In this document: positions 9,032-17,379 of the stretch, one piece after another
Numbering within the stretch: the stretch's first letter is position 1
How the letters are laid out: each line of letters begins with the position of its first letter
Origin: Candidatus Hydrogenedentota bacterium
Lineage (GTDB): Bacteria > Hydrogenedentota > Hydrogenedentia > Hydrogenedentales > SLHB01
Length of the DNA stretch: 30,120 nt
Assembly (NCBI GenBank): GCA_034408725.1
Contig: JAWXCN010000165.1
Location: forward strand, 1 to 30,120
Direction: 5' to 3'
Notes under the pieces: model-generated
Database searches by the model: none
Seen by the model: only the letters and a program-made list of their open reading frames with translations
Told to the model about the DNA's origin: nothing
Translations under genes and position numbers: made by a program

Positions 9032-10504
9032 ATGACCCCAAAACATTACTGCGACATCCAATCCCGTCGCGACTTCTTCCGCAACTGCGCGGGCGGGATC
9101 GGCACGATCGCACTCTGGAGCCTCCTCGCGCAAGAAGGCCGCGCCGCTTCACAGCCCTCCGAAGCAGGACTGCTCGGAAAGTCCCCCTTAGAAGGGGGAT
9201 TTAGGGGGATGTCTCCCCATTACCCCTCCCGCGCAAAGAACGTCATTTTCCTCTTCATGGCGGGCGCGCCGTCGCAGGTGGACCTCGTTGATCCGAAACC
9301 CGCGATGCAGAAGTATCACGGACAACCCGTGCCCGCGCACATGCTCGAAAATCTCAACGACGTCGTGATCAAAAATAACGCATCGGTTTTCGCGAGCCCG
9401 CGCACGTTTCAGAAATACGGACAGTCCGGCATGGACTTCTCCGATTTCCTGCCGCACACCGGTTCCATCGCCGACGACCTGTGCATGGTCCGCTCGATGC
9501 ACACCGACGTGAACGAACACCACTCCGCCCAACTCATGATGAACTGCGGCGTGCCCACGCACGGCAATCCCAGCATGGGCTCGTGGGTGTCGTACGGGCT
9601 TGGGAGTGAATGCAACGATTTACCGGGGTTTGTGGTGCTTACGTCGAATTCGGGAAAAGGGATCGACGGCGGCAGTTCGCTCTGGCAGAGCGGATTTCTC
9701 CCGTCCGAATATCGCGGCGTGACGTTTCGCGCGGGCGGCGATCCCGTGCTGTTTCTGTCGAACCCGGCGGGCATCTCCACCGAATCGCAACGCGCGCGGC
9801 TCGATGCCATGCGCGATTTGAACGCGCTGCACCACGCCGACACCGGCGATTTCGAAATTGCGTCGCGCATCGCGTCCTACGAACTCGCGTTCCGCATGCA
9901 GATGGCCGCGCCGGAACTGCTCGATTTTTCCAACGAATCCGCCGAAACCCGCGCGCTCTACGGACTCGACGACGAAGTGACGCGCCCGTACGGCACGAAC
10001 TGTCTGCTGGCGCGGCGGATGGTCGAGCGCGGCGTGCGGTTCATCCAGCTATACCACTCAACATGGGACGACCACAGCGACCTGAACGCGAACCTGAAAA
10101 CGAATTGTGCCATGACCGACCGGCCCACCATGGCGCTCATCACTGATCTCAAGCGGCGCGGACTCCTCGAAGACACCCTCGTTGTCTGGGGCGGCGAGTT
10201 CGGCCGCACCCCCATGAACGAAGTCCGCCGCGGCAACGTCGCCGGCCGCGAAGGCCGCGACCACCACCCCTACGCCTTCACCATGTGGCTAGCTGGCGGC
10301 GGCATCAAATCCGGCGCCATCATCGGCGAAACCGACGAACTCGGCTACCACATCACCAAAGACCCGATACACGTGCACGATCTTCAAGCGACGATCCTGC
10401 ACTGCCTCGGGATCGACCACACAAAGCTCACCTACCGTCACCAGGGCCGAGATTTCCGCCTCACGGATGTCGCCGGAAATGTGGTGGGGAAGGTGTTGGC
10501 GTGA
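9032..10504 (+). CDS. DUF1501 family protein with Tat signal
   Basis: SRRDFF twin-arginine motif, AKNVIFLFMAGAPSQVD, CLLARRMVERGVRF, WGGEFGRTP and GRDHHP. Confidence 0.92.
   Translation: MTPKHYCDIQSRRDFFRNCAGGIGTIALWSLLAQEGRAASQPSEAGLLGKSPLEGGFRGMSPHYPSRAKNVIFLFMAGAPSQVDLVDPKPAMQKYHGQPVPAHMLENLNDVVIKNNASVFASPRTFQKYGQSGMDFSDFLPHTGSIADDLCMVRSMHTDVNEHHSAQLMMNCGVPTHGNPSMGSWVSYGLGSECNDLPGFVVLTSNSGKGIDGGSSLWQSGFLPSEYRGVTFRAGGDPVLFLSNPAGISTESQRARLDAMRDLNALHHADTGDFEIASRIASYELAFRMQMAAPELLDFSNESAETRALYGLDDEVTRPYGTNCLLARRMVERGVRFIQLYHSTWDDHSDLNANLKTNCAMTDRPTMALITDLKRRGLLEDTLVVWGGEFGRTPMNEVRRGNVAGREGRDHHPYAFTMWLAGGGIKSGAIIGETDELGYHITKDPIHVHDLQATILHCLGIDHTKLTYRHQGRDFRLTDVAGNVVGKVLA
9179..9212. repeat. 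Family B 34-bp repeat inside the DUF1501 CDS
   Basis: AAGTCCCCCTTAGAAGGGGGATTTAGGGGGATGT, 33/34 identical to 13711-13744. Confidence 0.9.
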
Positions 10505-10537
10505 TGCGTGGTGGCCGATAATTGAGTCACGTTACGC

Positions 10538-11233
10538 CTAACTGGCCAAAAAGCCAGCGAAAGAACCCTGTGATCGTTTAATTCGAACTACCACTTCCGC
10601 AGAAACTTGTATAAATCCCGGTAGCCAGAAGTTGCGATCGTAGCCGCATTTTTCAAGAGTATTGGGCTTATTGAGGTCAGTTATCCATGTTTGTTGTGGA
10701 TTAAGTAAGTAAATCAATTTCCACTGCGGATCCCGCCAAATTAATTTACCCAAAGAAGCATTTTCGAACGTGGTTTGTATACGACTAGCATATTTAAATT
10801 TTCCCGAACCATTTTCTGAGAATAGAACAAGGTCTCCGGGCCTCATGGCGTTATAGTTAGTCCGTGCGTGCTCTTTCAGCGCAAAGCACCTCAATGATTG
10901 AGTATTACGCAAAATGCCTCTCTGTTCGGGTGTGAGCAATTGATTTATATCGCTTATTTGAACAGACTGAAGTATCGATCTATCTAGATTTGTCTTATTA
11001 CCAGGAGCCAAGAAAAGATTGTTGCAGGGCGTCTGCTCCCATAGTTCGGGCTGATAATTCCGCAACTGGCTGGTTGCAATCGCTCCATTTTCCTTCCCTG
11101 CTACATTCCGCCGTTCACCCTCCTGCGCATTCAACAATCGCTCAATCACCGTGGCGGGCGTATCAACGAATGGTTCTGCCAAACGCTGAAGTCTTGTGTA
11201 TACTTCATCCGTGATTCTGATCACTGGAGCCAT
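10538..11233 (-). CDS. Low-GC hypothetical protein (231 aa): SeqA-N/ribbon-helix-helix-like N-terminus plus PUA/EVE-like domain
   Basis: AGGAGG SD before ATG 11233. N-terminus MAPVIRITDEVYTRLQ..DTPATVIERLL. Downstream YNAMRPGDLVLF..IW..WKLIYLL. Visibly AT-rich relative to the flanks. Confidence 0.65.
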   Translation of the reverse strand: MAPVIRITDEVYTRLQRLAEPFVDTPATVIERLLNAQEGERRNVAGKENGAIATSQLRNYQPELWEQTPCNNLFLAPGNKTNLDRSILQSVQISDINQLLTPEQRGILRNTQSLRCFALKEHARTNYNAMRPGDLVLFSENGSGKFKYASRIQTTFENASLGKLIWRDPQWKLIYLLNPQQTWITDLNKPNTLEKCGYDRNFWLPGFIQVSAEVVVRIKRSQGSFAGFLAS

Positions 11234-11277
11234 TGGATCCGCCTCCTTTTGAGATAGTTCGCTAACATCGATTGCAA

Positions 11278-11314
11278 TTGTTACATTGTAACAAAGACAA
11301 AGGCGAAATGTCAA
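11278..11314 (-). promoter_or_regulatory. Sigma70 promoter with a palindromic operator over the -10
   Basis: TTGACA-N18-TACAAT on the minus strand. 8-1-8 palindrome TTGTTACA-T-TGTAACAA at 11278-11294. Confidence 0.7.
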
Positions 11315-11448
11315 TTGGGGGAGTGGGAGCTCGGCAAAATGCTGTCAGTCACTTCGATATTTGCTGAGTATCTCGTCATCCTCCAGTAGTTTGCGATTCT
11401 AGAACCGCGTCACTCAATATTAGAGTTAGGCGGTTTTTTGCGAACCGT

Positions 11449-11477
11449 TTGATTTACCCGCCGTTCCACGCTATCTT
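11449..11477 (+). promoter_or_regulatory. Putative sucCD promoter
   Basis: TTGATT-N17-TATCTT. Confidence 0.4.
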
Positions 11478-11530
11478 CTGTCCCTCTTGGGTGTACATCC
11501 CGCCTTTGTTCCACGAAAGGACTTTTTTGC

Positions 11531-12673
11531 ATGAAGATTCACGAGTATCAGGGGAAGGAACTGTTCCGTTCGTATGGCATTCCGACCCCGCCCGGGGAGG
11601 CTGTGAAGAAGGCCTCGGACGCGGTGAAGGCGGCCTCCGTCATGGGCATGCCGGTTGTCCTGAAGGCGCAGGTCCACGTGGGCGGCCGCGGCAAGGCGGG
11701 CGGCGTGAAGGTGGTGGACAAGATCACGGACGTCGAGGCAGTCGCGAAGAAAATCCTGGATCTCACCATCAAAGACCTGCCGGTGAAGCAGCTTCTCGTC
11801 ACCCCCGCGGCGAACATCGCCAAAGAAGTATACCTCAGCATTCTCATTGATCGCGGGGCGCGCAAGGCGGTGTTTATCGGGTGCGCGGAGGGGGGCATCG
11901 AGATCGAGGTGACGGCGAAGGAGTCGCCGGAGAAGATTCTTAGGCTCGAAGTGCCCGCGGCGAAATTGCGCAACGGCGCCGCGGCGGACTACACGGGGTT
12001 CGCGCAACAATTATTCAGCGACTCCGATCAGGCCGCGCAAGCCGCGGACATCATGGCGAAGATGGCGAAGCTGTTTGTGGAAAAAGACTGCGCGTTGGTC
12101 GAGATCAACCCGTTGATCGTCGATGACAAAGGCAAGGTCATCGCGCTCGACGCGAAAGTGTTGCTCGACGACAACGCGTTGTTCCGGCACGACGACCTTG
12201 TCGCGATGCGCGACATGGATTCCGAAGACGCCGACGAACTTTCCGCGAAAGACGGAGGGCTCAGCTTTATCCGTCTCGAAGGTTCCATTGGCTGCATGGT
12301 GAATGGCGCGGGCCTCGCCATGGCGACGATGGATACGATCAAACATTTCGGTGGCGAACCCGCGAACTTCCTGGATGTAGGCGGCAGCTCGAATCCGAAG
12401 AAAGTCGTCGCCGCCTTCAAACTGATTCTCAAAGACCCCGATGTGAAGGTCATTCTCATCAATATATTCGGCGGGATCACGCGGTGCGACGACATTGCGC
12501 GCGGCATTCTCGAATCATTGAAAGAATTCGATGTGAAAGTGCCGATTGTGGTCCGGCTCATCGGCACGAACGAGAAAGAAGGGCGCGCCTTGCTCGAAGG
12601 CACCAAGCTCATCCCCGCGACAACGCTCGAAGAAGGCGCCATCACCGCCGCCAAGTTGGGAGTCAACGCGTGA
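11531..12673 (+). CDS. sucC: Succinyl-CoA synthetase beta subunit
   Basis: [38 protein letters not shown] and [10 protein letters not shown]. Confidence 0.97.
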   Translation: MKIHEYQGKELFRSYGIPTPPGEAVKKASDAVKAASVMGMPVVLKAQVHVGGRGKAGGVKVVDKITDVEAVAKKILDLTIKDLPVKQLLVTPAANIAKEVYLSILIDRGARKAVFIGCAEGGIEIEVTAKESPEKILRLEVPAAKLRNGAAADYTGFAQQLFSDSDQAAQAADIMAKMAKLFVEKDCALVEINPLIVDDKGKVIALDAKVLLDDNALFRHDDLVAMRDMDSEDADELSAKDGGLSFIRLEGSIGCMVNGAGLAMATMDTIKHFGGEPANFLDVGGSSNPKKVVAAFKLILKDPDVKVILINIFGGITRCDDIARGILESLKEFDVKVPIVVRLIGTNEKEGRALLEGTKLIPATTLEEGAITAAKLGVNA

Positions 12674-13539
12674 GTATCCTGATCGACAAAAATACCAAGG
12701 TCATCGTGCAAGGCATCACCGGGCGCGACGGCTCATTCCATACGCAACAAATGATCGACTACGGCACGCAGATCATCGGCGGCGTCACGCCTGGCAAAGG
12801 TGGACAAACCGCGTGCGGCGTACCCGTGTTCAACTCGGTTGCCGAAGCGGTCGCGGCGACCGGCGCAACTGCGTCGGTAATGTACGTGCCCGCGGCATTC
12901 GCAAAAGGCGCGATGCTCGACGCCGCAAACTCCAACATCAAACTGCTCGTCGCGATTACAGAAGGCGTGCCCACGCTCGACGTGCTAGAAGCCTACGAAG
13001 CGCTCACGTCCAAAGGCATTCGCCTGATCGGCCCGAACTGTCCCGGTCTCATCACGCCCGGCGCGTGCAAGATCGGCATCATGCCGGGACAGATTCACAA
13101 GGAAGGCCGCATCGGCGTCATTTCGCGCAGCGGCACGCTGACCTACGAGATCGTGAAGGAACTCACCGACAACGGCCTCGGCCAGTCGACGTGTATCGGC
13201 ATCGGCGGCGACCCGATCATCGGCAGCAAATTTGTTGATCTGCTGCCGCTGTTTGAAGCGGATAACGGCACCGACGCGATCATCATGGTCGGCGAAATCG
13301 GCGGACAAGACGAAGTCGTCGCCGCGGAATATTTCAAGGCGCACATGAAGAAACCGATTGTCGGCTTCATGGCCGGCCTCACCGCCCCGCCAGGACGCCG
13401 CATGGGCCACGCCGGCGCAATCGTCGGCGGAGAAGACGACACCGCGGCGTCGAAGATTGCGAAACTCGAAGCTAACGACATTCCGGTGGCGAAGATCATC
13501 AGCGACGTAGTGAAGCTCGTGAAGAAAAAGATCGCGTAA
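12670..13539 (+). CDS. sucD: Succinyl-CoA synthetase alpha subunit
   Basis: GTG start overlaps the sucC stop (GTGA). Motifs [23 protein letters not shown] and RMGHAGA. Confidence 0.97.
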   Translation: MSILIDKNTKVIVQGITGRDGSFHTQQMIDYGTQIIGGVTPGKGGQTACGVPVFNSVAEAVAATGATASVMYVPAAFAKGAMLDAANSNIKLLVAITEGVPTLDVLEAYEALTSKGIRLIGPNCPGLITPGACKIGIMPGQIHKEGRIGVISRSGTLTYEIVKELTDNGLGQSTCIGIGGDPIIGSKFVDLLPLFEADNGTDAIIMVGEIGGQDEVVAAEYFKAHMKKPIVGFMAGLTAPPGRRMGHAGAIVGGEDDTAASKIAKLEANDIPVAKIISDVVKLVKKKIA

Positions 13540-13555
13540 GATCATCCACAGAATT

Positions 13556-13744
13556 ACATCCCCCTAAATCCCCCTTCAAAGGGGGACTTAAGAATCCAGA
13601 TCGCAGTTGATATTCTGAAACGAGTTGATATTCCGAAACGGTTGATACTCTGAAACAAGTTGATATTCTGAAACGTAGATACTGGCGATTGCATCAGAAC
13701 GGCCCTCTTAAAGTCCCCCTTTGAAGGGGGATTTAGGGGGATGT
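13556..13744. repeat. Family B inverted pair enclosing a 16-bp tandem array
   Basis: Perfect 34-bp inverted repeats at 13556-13589 and 13711-13744. GTTGATATTCTGAAAC-like units start at 13606, 13624, 13641 and 13659. Confidence 0.92.
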
Positions 13745-14044
13745 CACGCCAACATACACCCAGGCGTACCCGCCGCTTTCAAGTGCAACACGCTCCCGAA
13801 TATATAGGTCTCCTTCATACTCATCCATGCGGTCAAGTTCTTCGAGGGTGACATCGAGCACGCGGCCCACCACGCATGCGGCGGTGTCGCAAACGATATT
13901 TGGGTAGGCATCCGGGCCGTGCTTCAGCGTCGTGAGTCTGCACCCCGTAAGGGAATCTGGCGCACCATCGAGACGCCGGCCAACGACAGCCAACTGAATA
14001 TCAGGGTCGAGCAAGGTGCCGTATACGAAAAGGCGTTCATTCAT
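13733..14044 (-). CDS. Gamma-glutamylcyclotransferase (AIG2-like/YtfP) family protein
   Basis: LFVYGTL, YPNI, MDEYEG..Y.R and AWVY. Confidence 0.88.
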   Translation of the reverse strand: MNERLFVYGTLLDPDIQLAVVGRRLDGAPDSLTGCRLTTLKHGPDAYPNIVCDTAACVVGRVLDVTLEELDRMDEYEGDLYIRERVALESGGYAWVYVGVTSP

Positions 14045-14069
14045 GGGAACTTACTATAACGAGTTCAAA

Positions 14070-14098
14070 TTGACCTTTTCGCGCTCCGATGGCACAAT
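14070..14098 (+). promoter_or_regulatory. Putative clpP promoter
   Basis: TTGACC-N17-CACAAT with TG-n before the -10. Confidence 0.5.
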
Positions 14099-14164
14099 TC
14101 CGTTTTAGACTAACCCTGCCGCGCGCCTTACAGCGCGCTTGCGCATACCGAAAGTGAGGATTCC

Positions 14165-14770
14165 ATGGATTTTCTGCGAATGGACGACGATGATGACGAC
14201 GACAAGAAGGATGACAAGAAAAAAGAAAACGGCATGATGGGCCACCTCCTCAAGACCCGCACGATTGTGCTCGCGGGCCAGGTGGACCAGGAGATGGCCG
14301 AGCGCGTGATTTCGCAACTGTTCGTGCTCGACACTGAATCTCACGAACCTATACGCGTGATCGTCACCTCCCAGGGCGGCCACGTCGATTCCGGTTACGC
14401 GATCCACGACATGCTGCGCTACGTCGAGTCCGATGTGTTCTGCATCGGCGCGGGTTGGGTCGCGAGCATTGCCGTCCCGATTCTGCTTGGTGCGCGCAAG
14501 AAAGAAAATAGGGTCTCTCTTCCGAATACCCGGTTTCTGCTGCACCAACCCAGCGGCGGCGCAGGCGGCCAGTTGCAAGACATCCGCATTGAAGCGCAGG
14601 AGATTCTCAAGATCCGCCAAAAAATCAACGAGCTTATCGCAAAAGAAACCGGCCAAAAAGTCGAAAAGGTCGCCCTCGACAGCGACCGCAACTTCTGGAT
14701 GTCCGCCGAAGAGGCAATGAAATATGGGATCATCTCGCGGATAGTCACCAGCGCAAAAGACGTCAAATAA
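14165..14770 (+). CDS. clpP: ATP-dependent Clp protease proteolytic subunit
   Basis: TSQGGHV, VASIA (Ser), LLHQP (His) and DSDRNFWMSAEEA (Asp). Confidence 0.93.
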   Translation: MDFLRMDDDDDDDKKDDKKKENGMMGHLLKTRTIVLAGQVDQEMAERVISQLFVLDTESHEPIRVIVTSQGGHVDSGYAIHDMLRYVESDVFCIGAGWVASIAVPILLGARKKENRVSLPNTRFLLHQPSGGAGGQLQDIRIEAQEILKIRQKINELIAKETGQKVEKVALDSDRNFWMSAEEAMKYGIISRIVTSAKDVK

Positions 14771-14771
14771 C

Positions 14772-14805
14772 ACATCCCGGCGCGCGTCCCCGCGCGCCGG
14801 GATGT
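14772..14805. terminator. Strong hairpin between convergent genes
   Basis: 15-bp perfect stem ACATCCCGGCGCGCG-TCCC-CGCGCGCCGGGATGT. Confidence 0.7.
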
Positions 14806-14837
14806 TTCGACAAAGCGCGCGGTGACGCGCGCGCTCC

Positions 14838-15716
14838 CTACAGCGTTTTCAGTGTAACGTTCCCGCTAAACGCTTCCGCTTCGATGTTCGCGCTACCACT
14901 GTTCAGCGTCATATCGAGCGTACTTCCGGGCCCGCGCGGTTGCCTCGGGCGTTCGTCGCTCAGGCCATTTTTGATGTTTCCGCTAAAGCAGTTGACATAA
15001 ATGTCGGCCGACACATTCGCGGGCAGCGCCAGTGTTACGTTGCCGCTATGCGCTTTCACTTCGATGTCTGCATCCGTATCCACGCTTCCGGTGTACGAGA
15101 CGTTGCCGGAAATCGATTCGCACTTGAGCTCGTTGATCACGTTGCCCTCGATTGTGAGTTCGCCGCTGATCGTGTTTCCGCGGACATCACCGCGCACGGT
15201 TTTCACGGATACATCGCCGCTCACCGCTTTCACTTCGCAATCCGCGATATCGCCATCGACAACGAGATCGCCGCTGACAGTTTCCGCGCGCACATTGCCC
15301 TTCATGTCATAAATCCGGACGTCGCCGCTCACCGACCCAACGCGAACATCGCCTTCGACGCCATGGATAACCACGTCCGCGGAAGTAACCTTCACGCGAA
15401 TTTCTTTGCAGAGATGCGGCACGCGGACAACGATGTTCCCGCTGCCGCCGCTCTGCCCGCTCTTAGGATTCCTGACGCGAATCAGCGCTTCGTCGTCCTC
15501 AAGTTCGAACTGAAAATGGTCCGCGTTTCCCCCGATCGTTCCAGTGACCTTAATTTCCGGCTCATTCCAGGCTTCCACTGTGACGGAGCCGGAGGTAACT
15601 TCGATCTCGACTTCGCCATCCGCGCCAAACGGGCGCCGCTCTACTATCGTTGTGCTGGCATGCGCCGTCGCGATAACCGCGAGCGCCAGCAAGCCGCGAA
15701 TCAATACCTTCTTCAT
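14838..15716 (-). CDS. DUF4097 (putative adhesin, beta-strand repeat) secreted protein
   Basis: Signal peptide, and repeated (S/T)(V/I)SG(D/N)V motifs. Confidence 0.88.
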   Translation of the reverse strand: MKKVLIRGLLALAVIATAHASTTIVERRPFGADGEVEIEVTSGSVTVEAWNEPEIKVTGTIGGNADHFQFELEDDEALIRVRNPKSGQSGGSGNIVVRVPHLCKEIRVKVTSADVVIHGVEGDVRVGSVSGDVRIYDMKGNVRAETVSGDLVVDGDIADCEVKAVSGDVSVKTVRGDVRGNTISGELTIEGNVINELKCESISGNVSYTGSVDTDADIEVKAHSGNVTLALPANVSADIYVNCFSGNIKNGLSDERPRQPRGPGSTLDMTLNSGSANIEAEAFSGNVTLKTL

Positions 15717-16432
15717 GCGTTTTCCCCTGGGCTATCCGCCAGGCGTGTCGCCTGTCGAAGAAGCCCCACCTCTTGATCGTAGACCGCCACGAGCGATTGC
15801 ATCAGTGCGCGGTTTCCGGGATCATTATCGAGCGCCACTTCGATGTCGCGAATCGCCTGATCGATTACCGACAAACTGTCATCAATGACCAGGACCGTTT
15901 CCGGCGCGAGATTCGGACGCGCCTGATTCAGCGCTTCCCGCAACGTAGTGCGCACACCCGCGTACTCCGCCGCAATCTCTTGATAGCCCGCGAACTGAAC
16001 TGGCGCCTGCGCGTTGCTGTTCACCGCCGTTTGCGAAATCGCGATCACCGGTCCGGGCTGTTGTACATTGGCGACTTGTCCGCCAGGATTCTGGCCGGAC
16101 TCTGAATCGGTGGTTCGCGCGTACCACACGCCCGCGGCGAAAATGAGCGCCGCCGCCGCCACCGCCAAAAGACCCTGGCGGATCCGCGCAATTGTGAGGC
16201 GCGGGTTGGCCGGCGCTCGGCCTGTAAGCCGCGCATCGATGCCCGTCCACAGATCACGCCGCGGCGCGACGCCCTTCGGCAACCGCGCAGCCTCGTCGAT
16301 CAGCGCGCGCAATGCCTGCGCCTCCGCGCGCAACGCGGGATCGCGTTCCAGCTCCGCCTCGATCTCGAGCGCTTCCTCGCCGGACAACACCCCGTCGAGA
16401 TAGTCATTCAGTCTTTCAAATTGTTCATTCAT
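15713..16432 (-). CDS. Putative anti-sigma factor (single TM)
   Basis: LNDYLDGVLS..EIEAEL N-terminal domain lacking the HxxxCxxC ligands, DLW..I, one TM helix and a helical C-terminus. It follows an ECF sigma gene and overlaps DUF4097 (ATGA). Confidence 0.8.
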   Translation of the reverse strand: MNEQFERLNDYLDGVLSGEEALEIEAELERDPALRAEAQALRALIDEAARLPKGVAPRRDLWTGIDARLTGRAPANPRLTIARIRQGLLAVAAAALIFAAGVWYARTTDSESGQNPGGQVANVQQPGPVIAISQTAVNSNAQAPVQFAGYQEIAAEYAGVRTTLREALNQARPNLAPETVLVIDDSLSVIDQAIRDIEVALDNDPGNRALMQSLVAVYDQEVGLLRQATRLADSPGENA

Positions 16433-16460
16433 CGAACTGGTTTCCTAATCCTCTCCGAAA

Positions 16461-16609
16461 CCTGAATTCCTCGATTACGATCCTCCTACGCCCTCCGAAG
16501 CGGCAGGGCTGCGAAGGACAGGTTACGAGGACGATTACGAGTCAGGCCATCAGTAGTTCCCGTAACGCCATTCTTAGGTCCCCCTTTGAAGGGGGATTTA
16601 GGGGGATGT
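16461..16609. repeat. Nested REP-like cluster between the sigma and anti-sigma genes
   Basis: CGATTACGA at 16472 and 16532 flanks a hairpin element at 16482-16522. A family B copy lies at 16576-16609 (33/34 identity). Confidence 0.75.
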
Positions 16610-16616
16610 TCATTCC

Positions 16617-17186
16617 TCACCTCAACTGCTCCCGGAGTAGCCGCCGCGCGCGGTGCAGGTGCGCCTTCGACGTACCCGCGGCAATCCCGACAATCGCGGC
16701 GATCTCCTCATGCTTGTACCCTTCCACGTCATGAAGGAGGAAGACTTCCCGCGCCCCCGGAGGCAGCGTTGCTATCGCCGCCTCGAGGTCCGCCCGCAAT
16801 CCCGGTGTGTGCCCCGAAACCGGTTGCGGCAACGCTTCCAAATCTTCCGACCCGACTACCCGCGCTTCCCGCCGCGCCGTGGACCGTTTGTCGCCCAACA
16901 CCACGTTGAACGTCAGCCGGTACAGCCACGAGTAAAACGCGCTTTCGCCCCGAAACGAGTCGAGCCGTTCCCACGCCCGGATAAACGCATCCTGCGTGAG
17001 GTCCTCCGCGAGCGTATGCTGCCCCGTCATTCGCAGGCACAACCCGTACACCCGGTTCACGTGAAGCCGGTACAACTGCTCGAAAGCGCGCCGGTCGCCA
17101 TCCTGCGCCCGGCGCACCAAAAGCCCGTCGTCCGTCGTCTGAGCAGTTTCCGGAGCCACGTAAATCCTGTCAGGTCGTTCCGCCAT
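16617..17186 (-). CDS. ECF RNA polymerase sigma factor (189 aa)
   Basis: GDRRAFEQLY, AEDLTQDAF, FYSWLYR, LP..AREVFLL..EGYKHEEIA and GTSKAHLHRAR. ATG at 17186 lies downstream of an ECF-type promoter. Confidence 0.93.
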   Translation of the reverse strand: MAERPDRIYVAPETAQTTDDGLLVRRAQDGDRRAFEQLYRLHVNRVYGLCLRMTGQHTLAEDLTQDAFIRAWERLDSFRGESAFYSWLYRLTFNVVLGDKRSTARREARVVGSEDLEALPQPVSGHTPGLRADLEAAIATLPPGAREVFLLHDVEGYKHEEIAAIVGIAAGTSKAHLHRARRLLREQLR

Positions 17187-17218
17187 CGCGGTTTGGCATA
17201 TTCCGCTCACAATACTAT

Positions 17219-17243
17219 GATGCGATTGGCTAGGACTTGGTTT
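17219..17243 (-). promoter_or_regulatory. Putative ECF autoregulatory promoter, copy 1
   Basis: The minus strand reads AAACC-N15-GCATC. Both boxes are conserved in copies 2 and 3. Confidence 0.6.
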
Positions 17244-17379
17244 ATTTCCCTGTTGGACCAAAAAGGTACACCAGTGAGGCCGAGGATCTCCTCTTTGGCG
17301 GTGCAGCAACTGTATAATCAGGATGAAAGTGTGGAAATAGTGTGGCGAAGAAAAATTACCGTAGGAAGGACGTTGCACA

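Noticed and set aside
10511-10538. dif/Xer-like site
   Set aside because: The XerD arm matches poorly and the spacing is wrong.
12484-12669. Extended SucD N-terminus
   Set aside because: It lies within sucC. SucD similarity begins at GTG 12670.
13606-13683. Possible CRISPR array
   Set aside because: The units are only 16 bp with 0-2 nt between them. There are no spacers and no cas genes.
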